Assembly (NCBI GenBank): GCA_039715075.1
Contig: JBDLIC010000001.1
Span: 3,501-67,500, forward strand
Origin: Nitrospirota bacterium
GTDB taxonomy: Bacteria; Nitrospirota; Thermodesulfovibrionia; UBA6902
Direction: 5' to 3'
DNA length: 64,000 nt
Made by a program: the position numbers and the translations under genes. Every line of letters begins with the position of its first letter. The stretch's first letter is position 1. Shown here piece by piece: positions 36,499 through 47,212 of the stretch. The notes below the pieces were generated by a model. It was not told where the DNA came from, searched no databases, and saw only the letters and a list, made by a program, of their open reading frames with translations.

Positions 36499-38877
36499 TT
36501 GTGTATGAAAAGATTTATATCCAGATCTATTATCTTTCTCATTGTTGTTGCCATGGGAACGATATCCGGCGGAATCCTTGCCCTCGTCAAAGGCGTGCCG
36601 GAAATAGAAGAAATCAAGGGATATATGCCGGGACATGGCACCAAAGTATATGCTGACGATGATACCCTGATCGGTGAATTCAATGTTGAAAAGGGAGAAT
36701 ATGTACGCCTTTCCAAAATCCCTGAAAATCTTATCCGGGCCGTTGTGTCTGTTGAAGATTCACGCTTCTGGCTTCATAAAGGTATTGATTTAATCGCAAT
36801 AATCAGGGCCATAATCCATGATGTAATGGCCGGAAGGATCAAGGAAGGGGCAAGTACTATTACACAGCAGCTTGCCAAGGTAGTATTTCTCTCTCCAGAA
36901 CGCACGATTATCAGAAAAATAAAGGAGGCAACCCTGGCTTACAAGCTCGAAAAGAATCTGACCAAGGAAGAGATACTCGAATTGTATCTCAACAAAATAT
37001 ATTTCGGCCACGGTGCTTATGGAATTGAGATGGCCGCAAAGTCACACTTCGGCAAGTCGATTTCTGATGTTACACTTGCGGAAGCCGCATTACTCGGCGG
37101 TCTTATCAAGGCACCGAGCAGGTATTCCCCGTATAGCAATCTTGATAAGGCAAAAACAAGGCAGCGGATAGTCCTGAGAAGAATGCAGGATGAAGGCTAT
37201 ATAACTGATGAACAGGCAGACATGGCATATAAAGAGCCGCTTTACCTCTCAAGTGTGCGGCATAAAAAATTCAGACCTAATTATTTTCTCGAATATGTAA
37301 GGAAGTACCTTGAGGACGAGTATGGGGTGGAGATGATCTACAAAGGCGGCCTGAAGGTACATACCACTTTAAATAAAAACATGCAGATCGAAGCTGTAAA
37401 TGCATTGAAATGGGGTCTGAAAAGAGTAGATAAACGGCAGGGATTCAGAGGACCTATTGGACATAAGAAGATCGACCCTGAAGAAGAATTGAAAAATAAG
37501 GAGTCCTTTGAAAAGGTGGTCATGAAAAAGGGTGACCTGATGACGGCAACCGTATTAAAAGTATCAGCTTCAGCAGCCACTGTCAAGACAAGGGGAATTA
37601 TCGGGCAGATCTTTCCTGCAGATGCAGAGTGGGCAAGAAAGGTCATCGATGCCAGGGGCAATCTGATAAAAAAAACCAGAAAACCGCGGTTTAAAAAAAT
37701 ATTAAAGCCCGGGGACATCATTAAAGTAAACGTAAAAGATACAAGCGGCAAACAGCCGGTCTTTAAACTGGAACAGGAACCCATTGTTCAGGGCGCAATC
37801 GTAGCGATAGACCCGACCACAGGTTATATAAGGGCCATTGTCGGGGGGTATGATTTCAGCAAGAGTGAGTTTAACAGGGCCGTCTTTGCCAGAAGGCAGG
37901 CAGGTTCTGCTTTTAAACCGATAATATTCGCCGCTGCCATGGATTCCGGCTTTACTCCGGCAAGTATAATAATTGATGAGCCCCTGATCTATGAAAGTGA
38001 GCAGTTCGGCGACTGGAAGCCTGCAAACTATGATGAAAAATTTCATGGAGCAACAAGAGTCAGGGAAGCGCTTATTCATTCTATGAACATTATCACAGTA
38101 AAACTGATTGAGGAAATAGGGGTTGATAAGACCATAAGGTTTGCCCGCAGGATAGGGATCAAGGGACCATTCCCCAATAATCTCACGCTCGGGCTGGGCA
38201 GTTTAAGCATAAGTCCTCTTGAAATAACTTCGGCATTCAGTGTTTTTGCACAGGGGGGGCTCAGGAGGGAACCTATTGCCATCAAGTATATAATTGATTC
38301 AGAGGGTAATATACTCGAAAATAACCAGCCGGAGAGTGTAAGAGCCATCAGTCCGCAAACATCTTATCTCACTACTTCAATGCTCGAGGATGTGGTAAAA
38401 CACGGAACAGGCTGGAGGGCAAAGGCATTACGAAGGCCGGTTGCAGGTAAAACCGGCACTACAAATGACTACCGGGACGCCTGGTTTATGGGCTATACAC
38501 CCGAACTGGTAGCAGGAGTATGGGTCGGCTTTGACAATATGAGAACCCTGGGAAAAGAAGAAACCGGTTCAAAATCAGCTGCCCCGATATGGGTCTCATT
38601 TATGAAAAAGGCACTTTCAGAGATATCGCCATTCAGCGGCAAAACAGGGGCCGAGGATAAAAAACCGTTTGATATACCTGACGGCATAGTTACCGCTATA
38701 ATCGATCCGGTAACAGGACTCCTTGCCACAAATGAGACAAAAAAACAGGTCGAATATTTCAAGGAAGGCACTGTTCCAACGCTTTACTCTAATGAATTCT
38801 TGAGGACCCTTATAAATCGTCAGAAAGAAGAATTGAAAAAGATAAAAAAAGAGAAAAAACCTAATAATGCTCAATGA
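36499..38877 (+). CDS. mrcA: penicillin-binding protein 1A (bifunctional transglycosylase/transpeptidase)
   Basis: It has GT51 motifs (EDSRFW) and a transpeptidase SxxK. The product is 792 aa. Confidence 0.85.
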   Translation: MCMKRFISRSIIFLIVVAMGTISGGILALVKGVPEIEEIKGYMPGHGTKVYADDDTLIGEFNVEKGEYVRLSKIPENLIRAVVSVEDSRFWLHKGIDLIAIIRAIIHDVMAGRIKEGASTITQQLAKVVFLSPERTIIRKIKEATLAYKLEKNLTKEEILELYLNKIYFGHGAYGIEMAAKSHFGKSISDVTLAEAALLGGLIKAPSRYSPYSNLDKAKTRQRIVLRRMQDEGYITDEQADMAYKEPLYLSSVRHKKFRPNYFLEYVRKYLEDEYGVEMIYKGGLKVHTTLNKNMQIEAVNALKWGLKRVDKRQGFRGPIGHKKIDPEEELKNKESFEKVVMKKGDLMTATVLKVSASAATVKTRGIIGQIFPADAEWARKVIDARGNLIKKTRKPRFKKILKPGDIIKVNVKDTSGKQPVFKLEQEPIVQGAIVAIDPTTGYIRAIVGGYDFSKSEFNRAVFARRQAGSAFKPIIFAAAMDSGFTPASIIIDEPLIYESEQFGDWKPANYDEKFHGATRVREALIHSMNIITVKLIEEIGVDKTIRFARRIGIKGPFPNNLTLGLGSLSISPLEITSAFSVFAQGGLRREPIAIKYIIDSEGNILENNQPESVRAISPQTSYLTTSMLEDVVKHGTGWRAKALRRPVAGKTGTTNDYRDAWFMGYTPELVAGVWVGFDNMRTLGKEETGSKSAAPIWVSFMKKALSEISPFSGKTGAEDKKPFDIPDGIVTAIIDPVTGLLATNETKKQVEYFKEGTVPTLYSNEFLRTLINRQKEELKKIKKEKKPNNAQ

Positions 38878-38985
38878 ATAATGAACAATTAAAAAAAATA
38901 GCATCTTATAGTTATCTATTGATCATTGATAATTAATTTATTGAGTTATTGACCGATTGATGTTATCCTTAATTAATAAATTTAT

Positions 38986-39291
38986 ATGGAGGTTATCATG
39001 AAATCTGTAACCTTAGTTTTTGCTGCGCTGTTTTTATTAGTGTCTTTTTCTTTATGTCTTGCACAGGAAGTATCTCTTGAAGAGGCCTATTCTCTCTACT
39101 ACAAGGGAGAAAAAGATAAGGCCATAGAATTAATGGAAGACCATGTGAAAGATAATCCTGATCCGGGGATACTCTATTTTCTTGGATATGCTTATTATGA
39201 GATGAAGCAAATGGACAAGGCAAGGGAATATTTCACAAAAGCCTATAAGCACAAAGATTTTTTCAGTCCCATGTCCAAAGAAACGGATTAA
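38986..39291 (+). CDS. small secreted TPR-like protein
   Basis: It has a signal peptide and one TPR-like unit. Confidence 0.5.
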   Translation: MEVIMKSVTLVFAALFLLVSFSLCLAQEVSLEEAYSLYYKGEKDKAIELMEDHVKDNPDPGILYFLGYAYYEMKQMDKAREYFTKAYKHKDFFSPMSKETD

Positions 39292-39395
39292 AGCCACAGC
39301 AGGAAAGCAGGGAAATTGGAAGTTTGAAAGTGCACAAACAAAGAAGCTGATTAATGCACCCCCTATTTCTACAATAATTCTTTTACTGTTATAAT

Positions 39396-40205
39396 CTAAG
39401 AAAGAATATTATCATCCAAGAGAAATTTATCAATTTCATTGAAAATTTCTTCCTTATCAAAAGGTTTCACAATATAGCTGTTCGCTCCAGCTTTCAGGCA
39501 GCAATCTCTTTCTTCCTCCAGGTCCTCGGCAGTGACAGCTATTATCGGAATCTCAGGGTTAAAGGCCTTGTTCTTGGAGTTCCTGATCGTTTGGGTAGCT
39601 TCAATCCCGTCCATTTTTGGCATATGCACATCCATTAAAATAATATCAAATGGCTGTTTCTTTAGACCTTCAAGAACTTCTTTACCATTATTCGCGACCT
39701 CTACTGCATAATCCTGTCTGTCCAGCATGCAGAGTGCCTTTTTCTGATCAGCAATATTATCTTCAGCAAGAATTATATTTACCTTTTTTCTGTCTCCATA
39801 ATTTATTTGATTATATAAAGACCTGCATTCATGTTTACCATTACCGATAGTAAGCTCTTGTTTAACCAATTCAGGAGCATAACTTAAAGATTTGATAAAT
39901 TCCTTGTATCGTGGAGAAGGGTCCTGAATTTCAATACCCAGAACTTCTGTGTTGTTATTACATGGAGATATAAAAAACCACTTTATTTTACAGGTCAGAT
40001 TTATTGTTTCAGATGAAGGAATTTTAAAATAAATTTCAGCTTTTTTTTCAGGTTTAAAATCTTCCGTGACCTTAACCAAGAAGGTCATCAGATATTCATT
40101 ACTTTCCGTAGAAACATTCTCTATATATCCATCATAAGTTTTCCCTCCAAAGATAATTGTTGCATATAGATTGACAGTCATTTTCTCAAAAGTCCTGTTC
40201 TCCAT
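39396..40205 (-). CDS. PilZ-domain plus response-regulator receiver protein
   Basis: The C-terminal REC domain has an ILMDVHMP phospho-acceptor context, and the N-terminus is PilZ-like. Confidence 0.65.
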   Translation of the reverse strand: MENRTFEKMTVNLYATIIFGGKTYDGYIENVSTESNEYLMTFLVKVTEDFKPEKKAEIYFKIPSSETINLTCKIKWFFISPCNNNTEVLGIEIQDPSPRYKEFIKSLSYAPELVKQELTIGNGKHECRSLYNQINYGDRKKVNIILAEDNIADQKKALCMLDRQDYAVEVANNGKEVLEGLKKQPFDIILMDVHMPKMDGIEATQTIRNSKNKAFNPEIPIIAVTAEDLEEERDCCLKAGANSYIVKPFDKEEIFNEIDKFLLDDNILS

Positions 40206-40679
40206 ATCTACCCCCCTTTTTTTCTGTAATTATTAAAATCACTCAAAACTAAACCTGCAGAGTCAAGTGATTTAGCTAATTAACTTTCATATCGGATTTT
40301 CAAGGATTTTCTTGAATCTTTTTGGAAATGATATACCATTCAAAAAAGACAGGAAGAACCTGCAAGCAGCATTGTTTCCGGGGCGGGGGGGGTATAACCC
40401 TTAATTTCTATTGAGAAATTTGATATACCTGGTTCAGCAAATATTTGATATTTTCAAGGTAAGTTGTTCAGGCGAATTTTAACTGCTCCGCTCTTTTCAC
40501 ATTTTCCATTTTAACTCCTCCGGCATCACTACCGACAAGTTCTAAATGAAAAAGTCGCTTATTTTGGAAAAAATCATTGGTTTTTCCCTTAATGATAGTT
40601 CCATCTTTAAATCTCGCTACTACTTTGTTTAATAACATAATAGTATCCCTTAAGTTTCTTTATATAAATTATATTTCTC

Positions 40680-41726
40680 TTAACTCTTGTCTGATAATTT
40701 CGGTTCAGGAATTATTTTTCTTTTTACCTTTATTGCGACCTTAATATCTTTTCTTTTAGCCAGACTTATAATTAAGCTGCCTTCAGGTATTTTTCTAACT
40801 TTCTCATTAAAATATCCATCTTCTGTTTTTACCCAGCTTTGGTTATAGTTCTTTCCCATCCATATACCAATTTCTTTGCCTCCGAACTGTTTCCCGTCCT
40901 TTAATTGAGCTATAACTTCAATTTCATCGTCAATTCTGATATCATCTTTTGCAAATTTTATCGCCCTAATTTGACCAAATTCATTTTCAAAAGCATCGTT
41001 AAAAGTAAAAGTTTTCTCAAAAACAACTTTTATGGAAGGAACACTGAAAACATTAGCAGATATTTCCTGCCTGATATCTTCCATTACTTCTTCTTTCAGA
41101 TTTTCACATTGCGGGCCCGGGCACTTATTGGAAGAAAGTTTTAATACTTTATACGCTGCCCGTTTCTGCCGCTGATTATCACCTTTAGCATAGAAAATGC
41201 TTTTTGCGTAATATTCAGCATTGCCGGTCGCATCACCAAGAGAAACAAAAAAATTATATCCTTCATCCTGACCTATACTCGTATCAAATGTCACCGCCTT
41301 TTCAAAATAATCGCCCGCTGTCGGATAGTCTTCTTTACTGAATGACCAGTTAGCAATTTTCCTGTATTCATGTCCTATCTCGTCTCCATAATCCGGATTC
41401 AGCTTATACGCACTTTTAAAGACTTCATCTGCACTCCAGAAGTTGTCGTTATTTATGTACGCAATACCCAGCAGTAAGTGAATTTCTGCATTTGCGAGAT
41501 TTTCTAAAAGTGCTTTTTCCAGTAGACTGACGGCCTGTGGATATTGACCGGCTTCCATAAGATTTTTGCCTTTTTTCAGATTTTTTCCCATCAGCGCATT
41601 GCTCTGGGACACAGAAATAAAAAGAATAAAAAAGCAGATTATAAATAAAAGACCTCTTTTCTTTATCTTATCCATACTCTCATCTCCCATGAATACCCTG
41701 CATATATTATTGTTTTGACAATGCAA
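40680..41726 (-). CDS. TPR-containing protein (Tad locus accessory)
   Basis: The probable true start is the internal MDKIKKRG… with a signal peptide. Confidence 0.55.
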   Translation of the reverse strand: MHCQNNNICRVFMGDESMDKIKKRGLLFIICFFILFISVSQSNALMGKNLKKGKNLMEAGQYPQAVSLLEKALLENLANAEIHLLLGIAYINNDNFWSADEVFKSAYKLNPDYGDEIGHEYRKIANWSFSKEDYPTAGDYFEKAVTFDTSIGQDEGYNFFVSLGDATGNAEYYAKSIFYAKGDNQRQKRAAYKVLKLSSNKCPGPQCENLKEEVMEDIRQEISANVFSVPSIKVVFEKTFTFNDAFENEFGQIRAIKFAKDDIRIDDEIEVIAQLKDGKQFGGKEIGIWMGKNYNQSWVKTEDGYFNEKVRKIPEGSLIISLAKRKDIKVAIKVKRKIIPEPKLSDKS

Positions 41727-42663
41727 TATTATTTACTTCTTTGGCATTCACAATATTTTCATGGGCCTTAACATAAAATCTGCTGTTTAATTCTTGAGCT
41801 TTTTCAAAAGCCTGAACAGCTTCACCATACTTACCTTCAATCATGTAAATATATCCGATATTATTGTAAGCGGAAGCGTTATCTCCGGCCTTTTTGAATG
41901 CCTCGACAGCTTCATCGTATCTTTCCAGCTTGCTTAATGACAGGGCTAAATTGTTGTATGTTTTTGTTTTGGTCCCATCATGCTCCAGTGCTTTCATATA
42001 TGAATCCAGGGCATTTTCATATTCACCGTTAAAATAGTATGACATTCCCAGATTGTTGAATAAAGATCCATCGTCAGGATTAAGGGCAATAGCAGTTTTA
42101 TATTCCTGTATGGCAATTCCATATTCCTTCTGACGGTCGTATATTATTCCAAGAAAATTATGGACCTGCCACAGTGTTGGATCATGACTTACAGCCAGAA
42201 TAAAGTTTTTTTCTGCCTCCTCCAATTTGCGCATTTTAAAATATGCCCTTCCCATTCCCTCAAATGCCAGGGAGTTTTCCGGATCAGATAATAAAACATC
42301 CTGAAAAATTCTGATTGCCTGCGCATACAGTCCTTTCCTCAAAAAGAGACGTCCCATTTTGTCTCGTACAGCAGTATTTTCCCTTTCCAGGCGCAGAGCC
42401 TTATTGTATTGTATGAAGGCCTTATTTATGTCTCCCTGTCTGACATAGTTGTCTCCCAGCCTCTCATGTTCTTCAGCCTTAATTGCAGGCAGTTTTCTGG
42501 CAATCTTTTTCTGCTCGGAGGCAGAAGCTATTTTTTGCTGCCGTTCCATCATAATTTCATACTGGCTTTTCTTGAAAAGACCCTGCATATCCTTCATCGA
42601 ACTGCAACCCGATAAAACTATCATTATGCAAATGGTAAAAACACATGAAATAAATACTCTCAT
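41707..42663 (-). CDS. tadD: TPR lipoprotein, TadD-like
   Basis: It has a lipobox LSGC and multiple TPRs. Confidence 0.6.
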   Translation of the reverse strand: MRVFISCVFTICIMIVLSGCSSMKDMQGLFKKSQYEIMMERQQKIASASEQKKIARKLPAIKAEEHERLGDNYVRQGDINKAFIQYNKALRLERENTAVRDKMGRLFLRKGLYAQAIRIFQDVLLSDPENSLAFEGMGRAYFKMRKLEEAEKNFILAVSHDPTLWQVHNFLGIIYDRQKEYGIAIQEYKTAIALNPDDGSLFNNLGMSYYFNGEYENALDSYMKALEHDGTKTKTYNNLALSLSKLERYDEAVEAFKKAGDNASAYNNIGYIYMIEGKYGEAVQAFEKAQELNSRFYVKAHENIVNAKEVNNIALSKQ

Positions 42664-43769
42664 GTCTTATTACTCCCTTCATCAAACACATTAAACAGTT
42701 TTCTTACAAATGAGAAAAGCGTCTTTTTTCTGGATGTTAAGCCCTTTTCAGTTGACTTTAAACCAGGTCCGTATATTGGTTTACCGAATAATAACTTCTC
42801 TTTTTTCTGTATTAAATCAGGTCCATATATTGGTTTACCGAATACCAACTTCTCATTTTTCTGTATTAAGCCAGGTCCGTATATTGGTTTACCGAATACC
42901 AACTTCTCATTTTTCTGTATTAAGCCAGGTCCGTACATTGGTTTGCCAAATACCAATCTCTTATTTTTCTTTATACGAGAGATTACTTTTCTGCTTTTAC
43001 GGTAATTATCAGTTTCAGGTATTATCTTTGTTGAGTCAATCCGTGAGATAAGAGTTTCAAAGGAAGTATCAACAGTCAAGTCATTTGAAGAACCTTTTTC
43101 TACTTCAGGAGCTAAATATTTTTCGTATAGCATCCTCTTGAAATTATAGCGAGCAGCTTCTCTGTTTCCAGCCAATCTGAATTCATCAACAGCCTGTTCA
43201 AATTTGTGATGCTTTGTATATGCCAGGCCCAGGTTATTGTGGTATTGCTTATTTCTGTTATTTAAATCTACAGCCTTCTCTAAAAACATAACAGCTTCAT
43301 CATATTTTCCCTGAAGTATATAAGAGTACCCCAGGTTGTTCAGAGCATAATCAAGTTCAGGATTCAGAGTAAGAGCATTTTTGTAATAAGCAACAGCTCT
43401 GGAAAAATCGCCTAACTTGTCGTAAGAGACTCCGATTCTATTGTATGCCTTCACATAAGCAGGATCAATTGATATTGTTTTTTCAAGCTCCTCAATAGCT
43501 TCTTGATGTCTGCCCCTCTCCTGGTAATATTTTGAAAGCAGGTAATGTGAGTCAGGATTACCCCTTGCCGGTCTTATAGACACACCAAAATCTGCTATAT
43601 CTTTGTTTGAAATCCCGGTCTTTATGTTTGAATAGTCCGAAAACTGAAGACTGCTAAATATGTTTTGAGTGGTTGAACAACCGGTAAGAAAAACAAGAAA
43701 AACTCCTATAACAATCAAACCTCTGATACCTTTATCTTTTATTTTTCTTTTTTTCATTCTGTCTCCCAT
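42660..43769 (-). CDS. TPR lipoprotein with four tandem 18-aa repeats
   Basis: The repeat unit is LVFGKPIYGPGLIQKNEK. The corresponding 54-nt DNA tandem repeats lie at about 42765-42980. Confidence 0.6.
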   Translation of the reverse strand: MGDRMKKRKIKDKGIRGLIVIGVFLVFLTGCSTTQNIFSSLQFSDYSNIKTGISNKDIADFGVSIRPARGNPDSHYLLSKYYQERGRHQEAIEELEKTISIDPAYVKAYNRIGVSYDKLGDFSRAVAYYKNALTLNPELDYALNNLGYSYILQGKYDEAVMFLEKAVDLNNRNKQYHNNLGLAYTKHHKFEQAVDEFRLAGNREAARYNFKRMLYEKYLAPEVEKGSSNDLTVDTSFETLISRIDSTKIIPETDNYRKSRKVISRIKKNKRLVFGKPMYGPGLIQKNEKLVFGKPIYGPGLIQKNEKLVFGKPIYGPDLIQKKEKLLFGKPIYGPGLKSTEKGLTSRKKTLFSFVRKLFNVFDEGSNKT

Positions 43770-43812
43770 TATCTATATTTATATGCTAAGCAGATTTACT
43801 CCCGTCTTTTCA

Positions 43813-44787
43813 TTACCCTCCAAGGTAAGGGAACAAATTCCTGTATATCCTTATTGCCGCAGGCCCCAAAAGCACAACAAATAATGATGGAAAAATAAAA
43901 CATATTAAAGGGAAAACCAGTTTTACAGGCAATTTGGCAGCAATCTCTTCAGCCATCTGATGCCTTTTGTCTCTCATTGAATCAGAATGCACTCTTAGAG
44001 CCTGGGCAATACTGGTCCCAAACCTGTCAGTCTGTATCAACAGACTTATCAGGCTGTTCACATCTTCCAGATCTATACGCATTGCAAGATTTCGCAATGC
44101 TTCACGGCGTGTTTTTCCTGCCCTCAATTCCAGGCTCAAGAGTTTAAATTCCCCGCTTATTACTTTATTTTTCAGCTCGATCTCTCTCCCGGCCCTGAAT
44201 ATTGCTGCATCCAGTCCCATACCCGCTTCTACACAAACAACCATCAGATCAAGAGCATCGGGAAATCCTTCCAGTATCTTCCTCTTTCTTTGGGCAGTCA
44301 CCAGTTTGAGCCAATAATTAGGGAGGAAATAACCGATTAAAGCTATCACAATAGAAAACGTCATAAAACTAACAAAGGGCATTGCCTTGGTAAGAAAAAC
44401 TTTAAAGAAAAGAAGGCCTACAGGCAGAAGTATGGCAAGAAGGACTTTCATGCCATAAAAGATCATCATGGCATTGCTTTTCCTGTAACCGGCCCGAACA
44501 AGACCCTTTTTCATCTTATAAATGTCCTGTTCACCTTTTGGTTTAATGAGGCTGCCAAGAGGATCAACAAGCCTTAAAAAATATTTTTTAACAGAGCCGG
44601 CACCATCAGCATCTTTAGTTTTATCACCTGAATTCCCGCCTGAATTTAATCCTTCTGTTCCTCCCTTAATTTTTTCAATTAATTCACGCTGACTTTTGCG
44701 ATAATTATAGTAATAAAATATTCCTGATCCCAGAAACATGATTCCGGCAAATACTAAAATTGATATCAATAAAGCGGTCTCCGGCAT
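43813..44787 (-). CDS. tadC: Flp pilus assembly protein TadC (T2SS-F family)
   Basis: The product is a T2SSF-domain membrane protein. Confidence 0.8.
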   Translation of the reverse strand: MPETALLISILVFAGIMFLGSGIFYYYNYRKSQRELIEKIKGGTEGLNSGGNSGDKTKDADGAGSVKKYFLRLVDPLGSLIKPKGEQDIYKMKKGLVRAGYRKSNAMMIFYGMKVLLAILLPVGLLFFKVFLTKAMPFVSFMTFSIVIALIGYFLPNYWLKLVTAQRKRKILEGFPDALDLMVVCVEAGMGLDAAIFRAGREIELKNKVISGEFKLLSLELRAGKTRREALRNLAMRIDLEDVNSLISLLIQTDRFGTSIAQALRVHSDSMRDKRHQMAEEIAAKLPVKLVFPLICFIFPSLFVVLLGPAAIRIYRNLFPYLGG

Positions 44788-44797
44788 TTTTTCCTCC

Positions 44798-45763
44798 TTA
44801 TACCCGAATAGAAATCATTTTTTTCATAACAAGCGTTCCAATTATCATCATGACAACCGCTCCGGCCATCAGTATTTTCCCTATCGGATCGTTTAATAAT
44901 GGTGCAAGAAACTTAGGATTAACCATAAACATATATAAACTGATTAAAAAGGGAAGGGAGATGAGCACAGCAGCTGATAGCTTTCCTTCAGATGATAACA
45001 CACTTACGCGGCCCTGAAATTTGAATCGTTCCCTGATAAGATGACTGATCTTTTCCAGTATTTCGGCAAGATTACCGCCTGTTTCCTTCTGAATAATTAC
45101 CGAAATAACAAAAAAAGTAAGATCAGGACAATCGACCCTGTTTGTGAGATTTATTAAAGCATCTGAAACACCGACACCAAAGTTGATTTCATCCATAGTC
45201 TTTTCAAACTCAGTACCTACAGGGTCTTCAAATTCATCTGCCACCATCCGTATCCCTGCTGAAAACGCGTGCCCTGCTTTTAATGCCCGGACGATTAAAT
45301 CTAGCGCATCAGGCAGCTGTCTCTCAAACTTACTCATCCGTTTACTTCTCATGTAATATACATAAAGGAATGGCATGGTTGAAGCAACACATGCCAGAAG
45401 AGCAGCAATCAGAAAATTAACGGTAAGCAGCGAACCTGCCATATAACCGCATGCAGCAAACAACAAAGTAAGCAACAGGTAATATCCAACGGGATGACTT
45501 ATATTGGCCTGCTCCATTAAGCGTTCCAGTTGATTCACTACAGGGAAATTAAGAAGCATCCGGTTAAACCACGGCACATCACTCAATAAGCGCTTCCTGG
45601 CAATATCAATCTCTTCGCTCTTAAGACTTCCCGATGAGAGTGTCCTTAAACGTTTCTTGATCTTTTTTTGTTCTGGCTTCTTTCCTGTCTTCGAAATAAA
45701 ATAGACCCCTTCTGCCAGCAAGACAATTGTTAAGAATATTCCTACACCTATTATTATTTCCAT
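44798..45763 (-). CDS. tadB: Flp pilus assembly protein TadB
   Basis: The product is a T2SSF-domain membrane protein. Confidence 0.8.
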   Translation of the reverse strand: MEIIIGVGIFLTIVLLAEGVYFISKTGKKPEQKKIKKRLRTLSSGSLKSEEIDIARKRLLSDVPWFNRMLLNFPVVNQLERLMEQANISHPVGYYLLLTLLFAACGYMAGSLLTVNFLIAALLACVASTMPFLYVYYMRSKRMSKFERQLPDALDLIVRALKAGHAFSAGIRMVADEFEDPVGTEFEKTMDEINFGVGVSDALINLTNRVDCPDLTFFVISVIIQKETGGNLAEILEKISHLIRERFKFQGRVSVLSSEGKLSAAVLISLPFLISLYMFMVNPKFLAPLLNDPIGKILMAGAVVMMIIGTLVMKKMISIRV

Positions 45764-45781
45764 AATTTTTTACACCTCATA

Positions 45782-47173
45782 TCAGATTTCAAAACCTTTA
45801 TCCGGATCAAAAAGATCATTACTCAAAGGTATGTTCAGGGCCTCAAAGCGTTCTGTAAATCTTGGCTTTATTCCATTAGCACTGAACCTTCCCTTTACTC
45901 TGCCCTGATCATCCAGCCCGGTCTGCTTAAAAGAAAAAATTTCCTGTAATGTTACGGTGTCCCCCTCCATACCTGTGATCTCCTGAATGCTTACGACCTT
46001 TCTGCTTCCATCTACGAGACGTGAAGAGTGAATGACAACATCTATTGCGGAACTGATATATCTCCTCACTGCGTCAACCGGTATATTTATCCCGGTCATT
46101 GCCATCAGTGCCTCCAGACGCATCAAGGCATCACGCGGGGAATTAGCGTGGACGGTTGTAAGAGATCCGTCATGTCCGGTATTCATTGCCTGGAGCATGT
46201 CAAGAACTTCCGCCCCTCTGACTTCACCCACAATTATGCGGTCCGGCCGCATTCTCAGACTGTTTCTCACGAGATCCCTCTGTGTAACTTCGCCTTTGCC
46301 TTCAATATTCGGAGGCCTGGTCTCCATGCGTACAACATGTTCCTGCTTAAGCTGAAGTTCTGCGGAATCTTCAATGGTAACAATTCTTTCCTCCCCGGGG
46401 ATAAATCGCGAGAGTACATTCAACATGGTGGTTTTTCCTGTACCTGTACCACCGGAGATCAGAACATTCAGCTGTGCCTTCACAATCCCCTGTAAAAGTT
46501 CGCCAACTTCACCTGTCAGAGTTTTTAGTTCTATCAAGTCGCCCAGTTCCAGGGGGTCAACGGCAAAACGCCTGATTGAGACCATCGGTCCATCCAGTGC
46601 CAGAGGCGGAATAATGGCATTAACACGCGAACCGTCAGCGAGTCTGGCATCTACCATGGGGCAGGACTCATCAATTCTCCGTCCAACAGCAGACACTATC
46701 TTGTCGATAATCTTCCTGAGGTGTACATCATCCTGAAACCTTGACTCTGTTAATTCCAGTTTCCCGCGTCTTTCAATATATATATGCTTATAAGTATTGA
46801 CCAGCACGTCTGATACGGTCGGATCCTTCATCAACGGCTCCAGCGGCCCGAGACCCAGCACCTCATCCTGAATTTCCACGATTATTTTTTCTCTTTCGCT
46901 TGCATTAAGCGGAACACTGTTTTGCTCTTCCAGTAATATTCCCTGTACCAGCCTCCTTATTTCACTCCTGAGGGCATCTTCTTCAAGGGCATCAATCATG
47001 GAAAGGTCTATTAGATCCAGAAGCTTGCCATGAATCTTCGTTTTCAACTCAAAATATTCATTGGCCATTGCGAAGCTTTCGTTTTTCTCAGCAACGGCTG
47101 TACCGGTTTCTTCACTTCTCATAGGAGAACCGCCATTATTCTTTTCTTTTTTCCTGTTTCCAAATATGCTCAT
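45782..47173 (-). CDS. cpaF: Tad pilus secretion ATPase CpaF/TadA
   Basis: It has a Walker [10 protein letters not shown] motif and belongs to the VirB11-like family. Confidence 0.9.
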   Translation of the reverse strand: MSIFGNRKKEKNNGGSPMRSEETGTAVAEKNESFAMANEYFELKTKIHGKLLDLIDLSMIDALEEDALRSEIRRLVQGILLEEQNSVPLNASEREKIIVEIQDEVLGLGPLEPLMKDPTVSDVLVNTYKHIYIERRGKLELTESRFQDDVHLRKIIDKIVSAVGRRIDESCPMVDARLADGSRVNAIIPPLALDGPMVSIRRFAVDPLELGDLIELKTLTGEVGELLQGIVKAQLNVLISGGTGTGKTTMLNVLSRFIPGEERIVTIEDSAELQLKQEHVVRMETRPPNIEGKGEVTQRDLVRNSLRMRPDRIIVGEVRGAEVLDMLQAMNTGHDGSLTTVHANSPRDALMRLEALMAMTGINIPVDAVRRYISSAIDVVIHSSRLVDGSRKVVSIQEITGMEGDTVTLQEIFSFKQTGLDDQGRVKGRFSANGIKPRFTERFEALNIPLSNDLFDPDKGFEI

Positions 47174-47212
47174 ATAAACCTCTCCTAATAATTTTTTTTT
47201 ACTCTATAATAA

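Noticed and set aside
42765-42980. Possible CRISPR array (regular repeats)
   Set aside because: The 54-nt units are contiguous with no spacers. They lie in frame inside a TPR lipoprotein gene and encode a repeated peptide. They are coding tandem repeats, not CRISPR.
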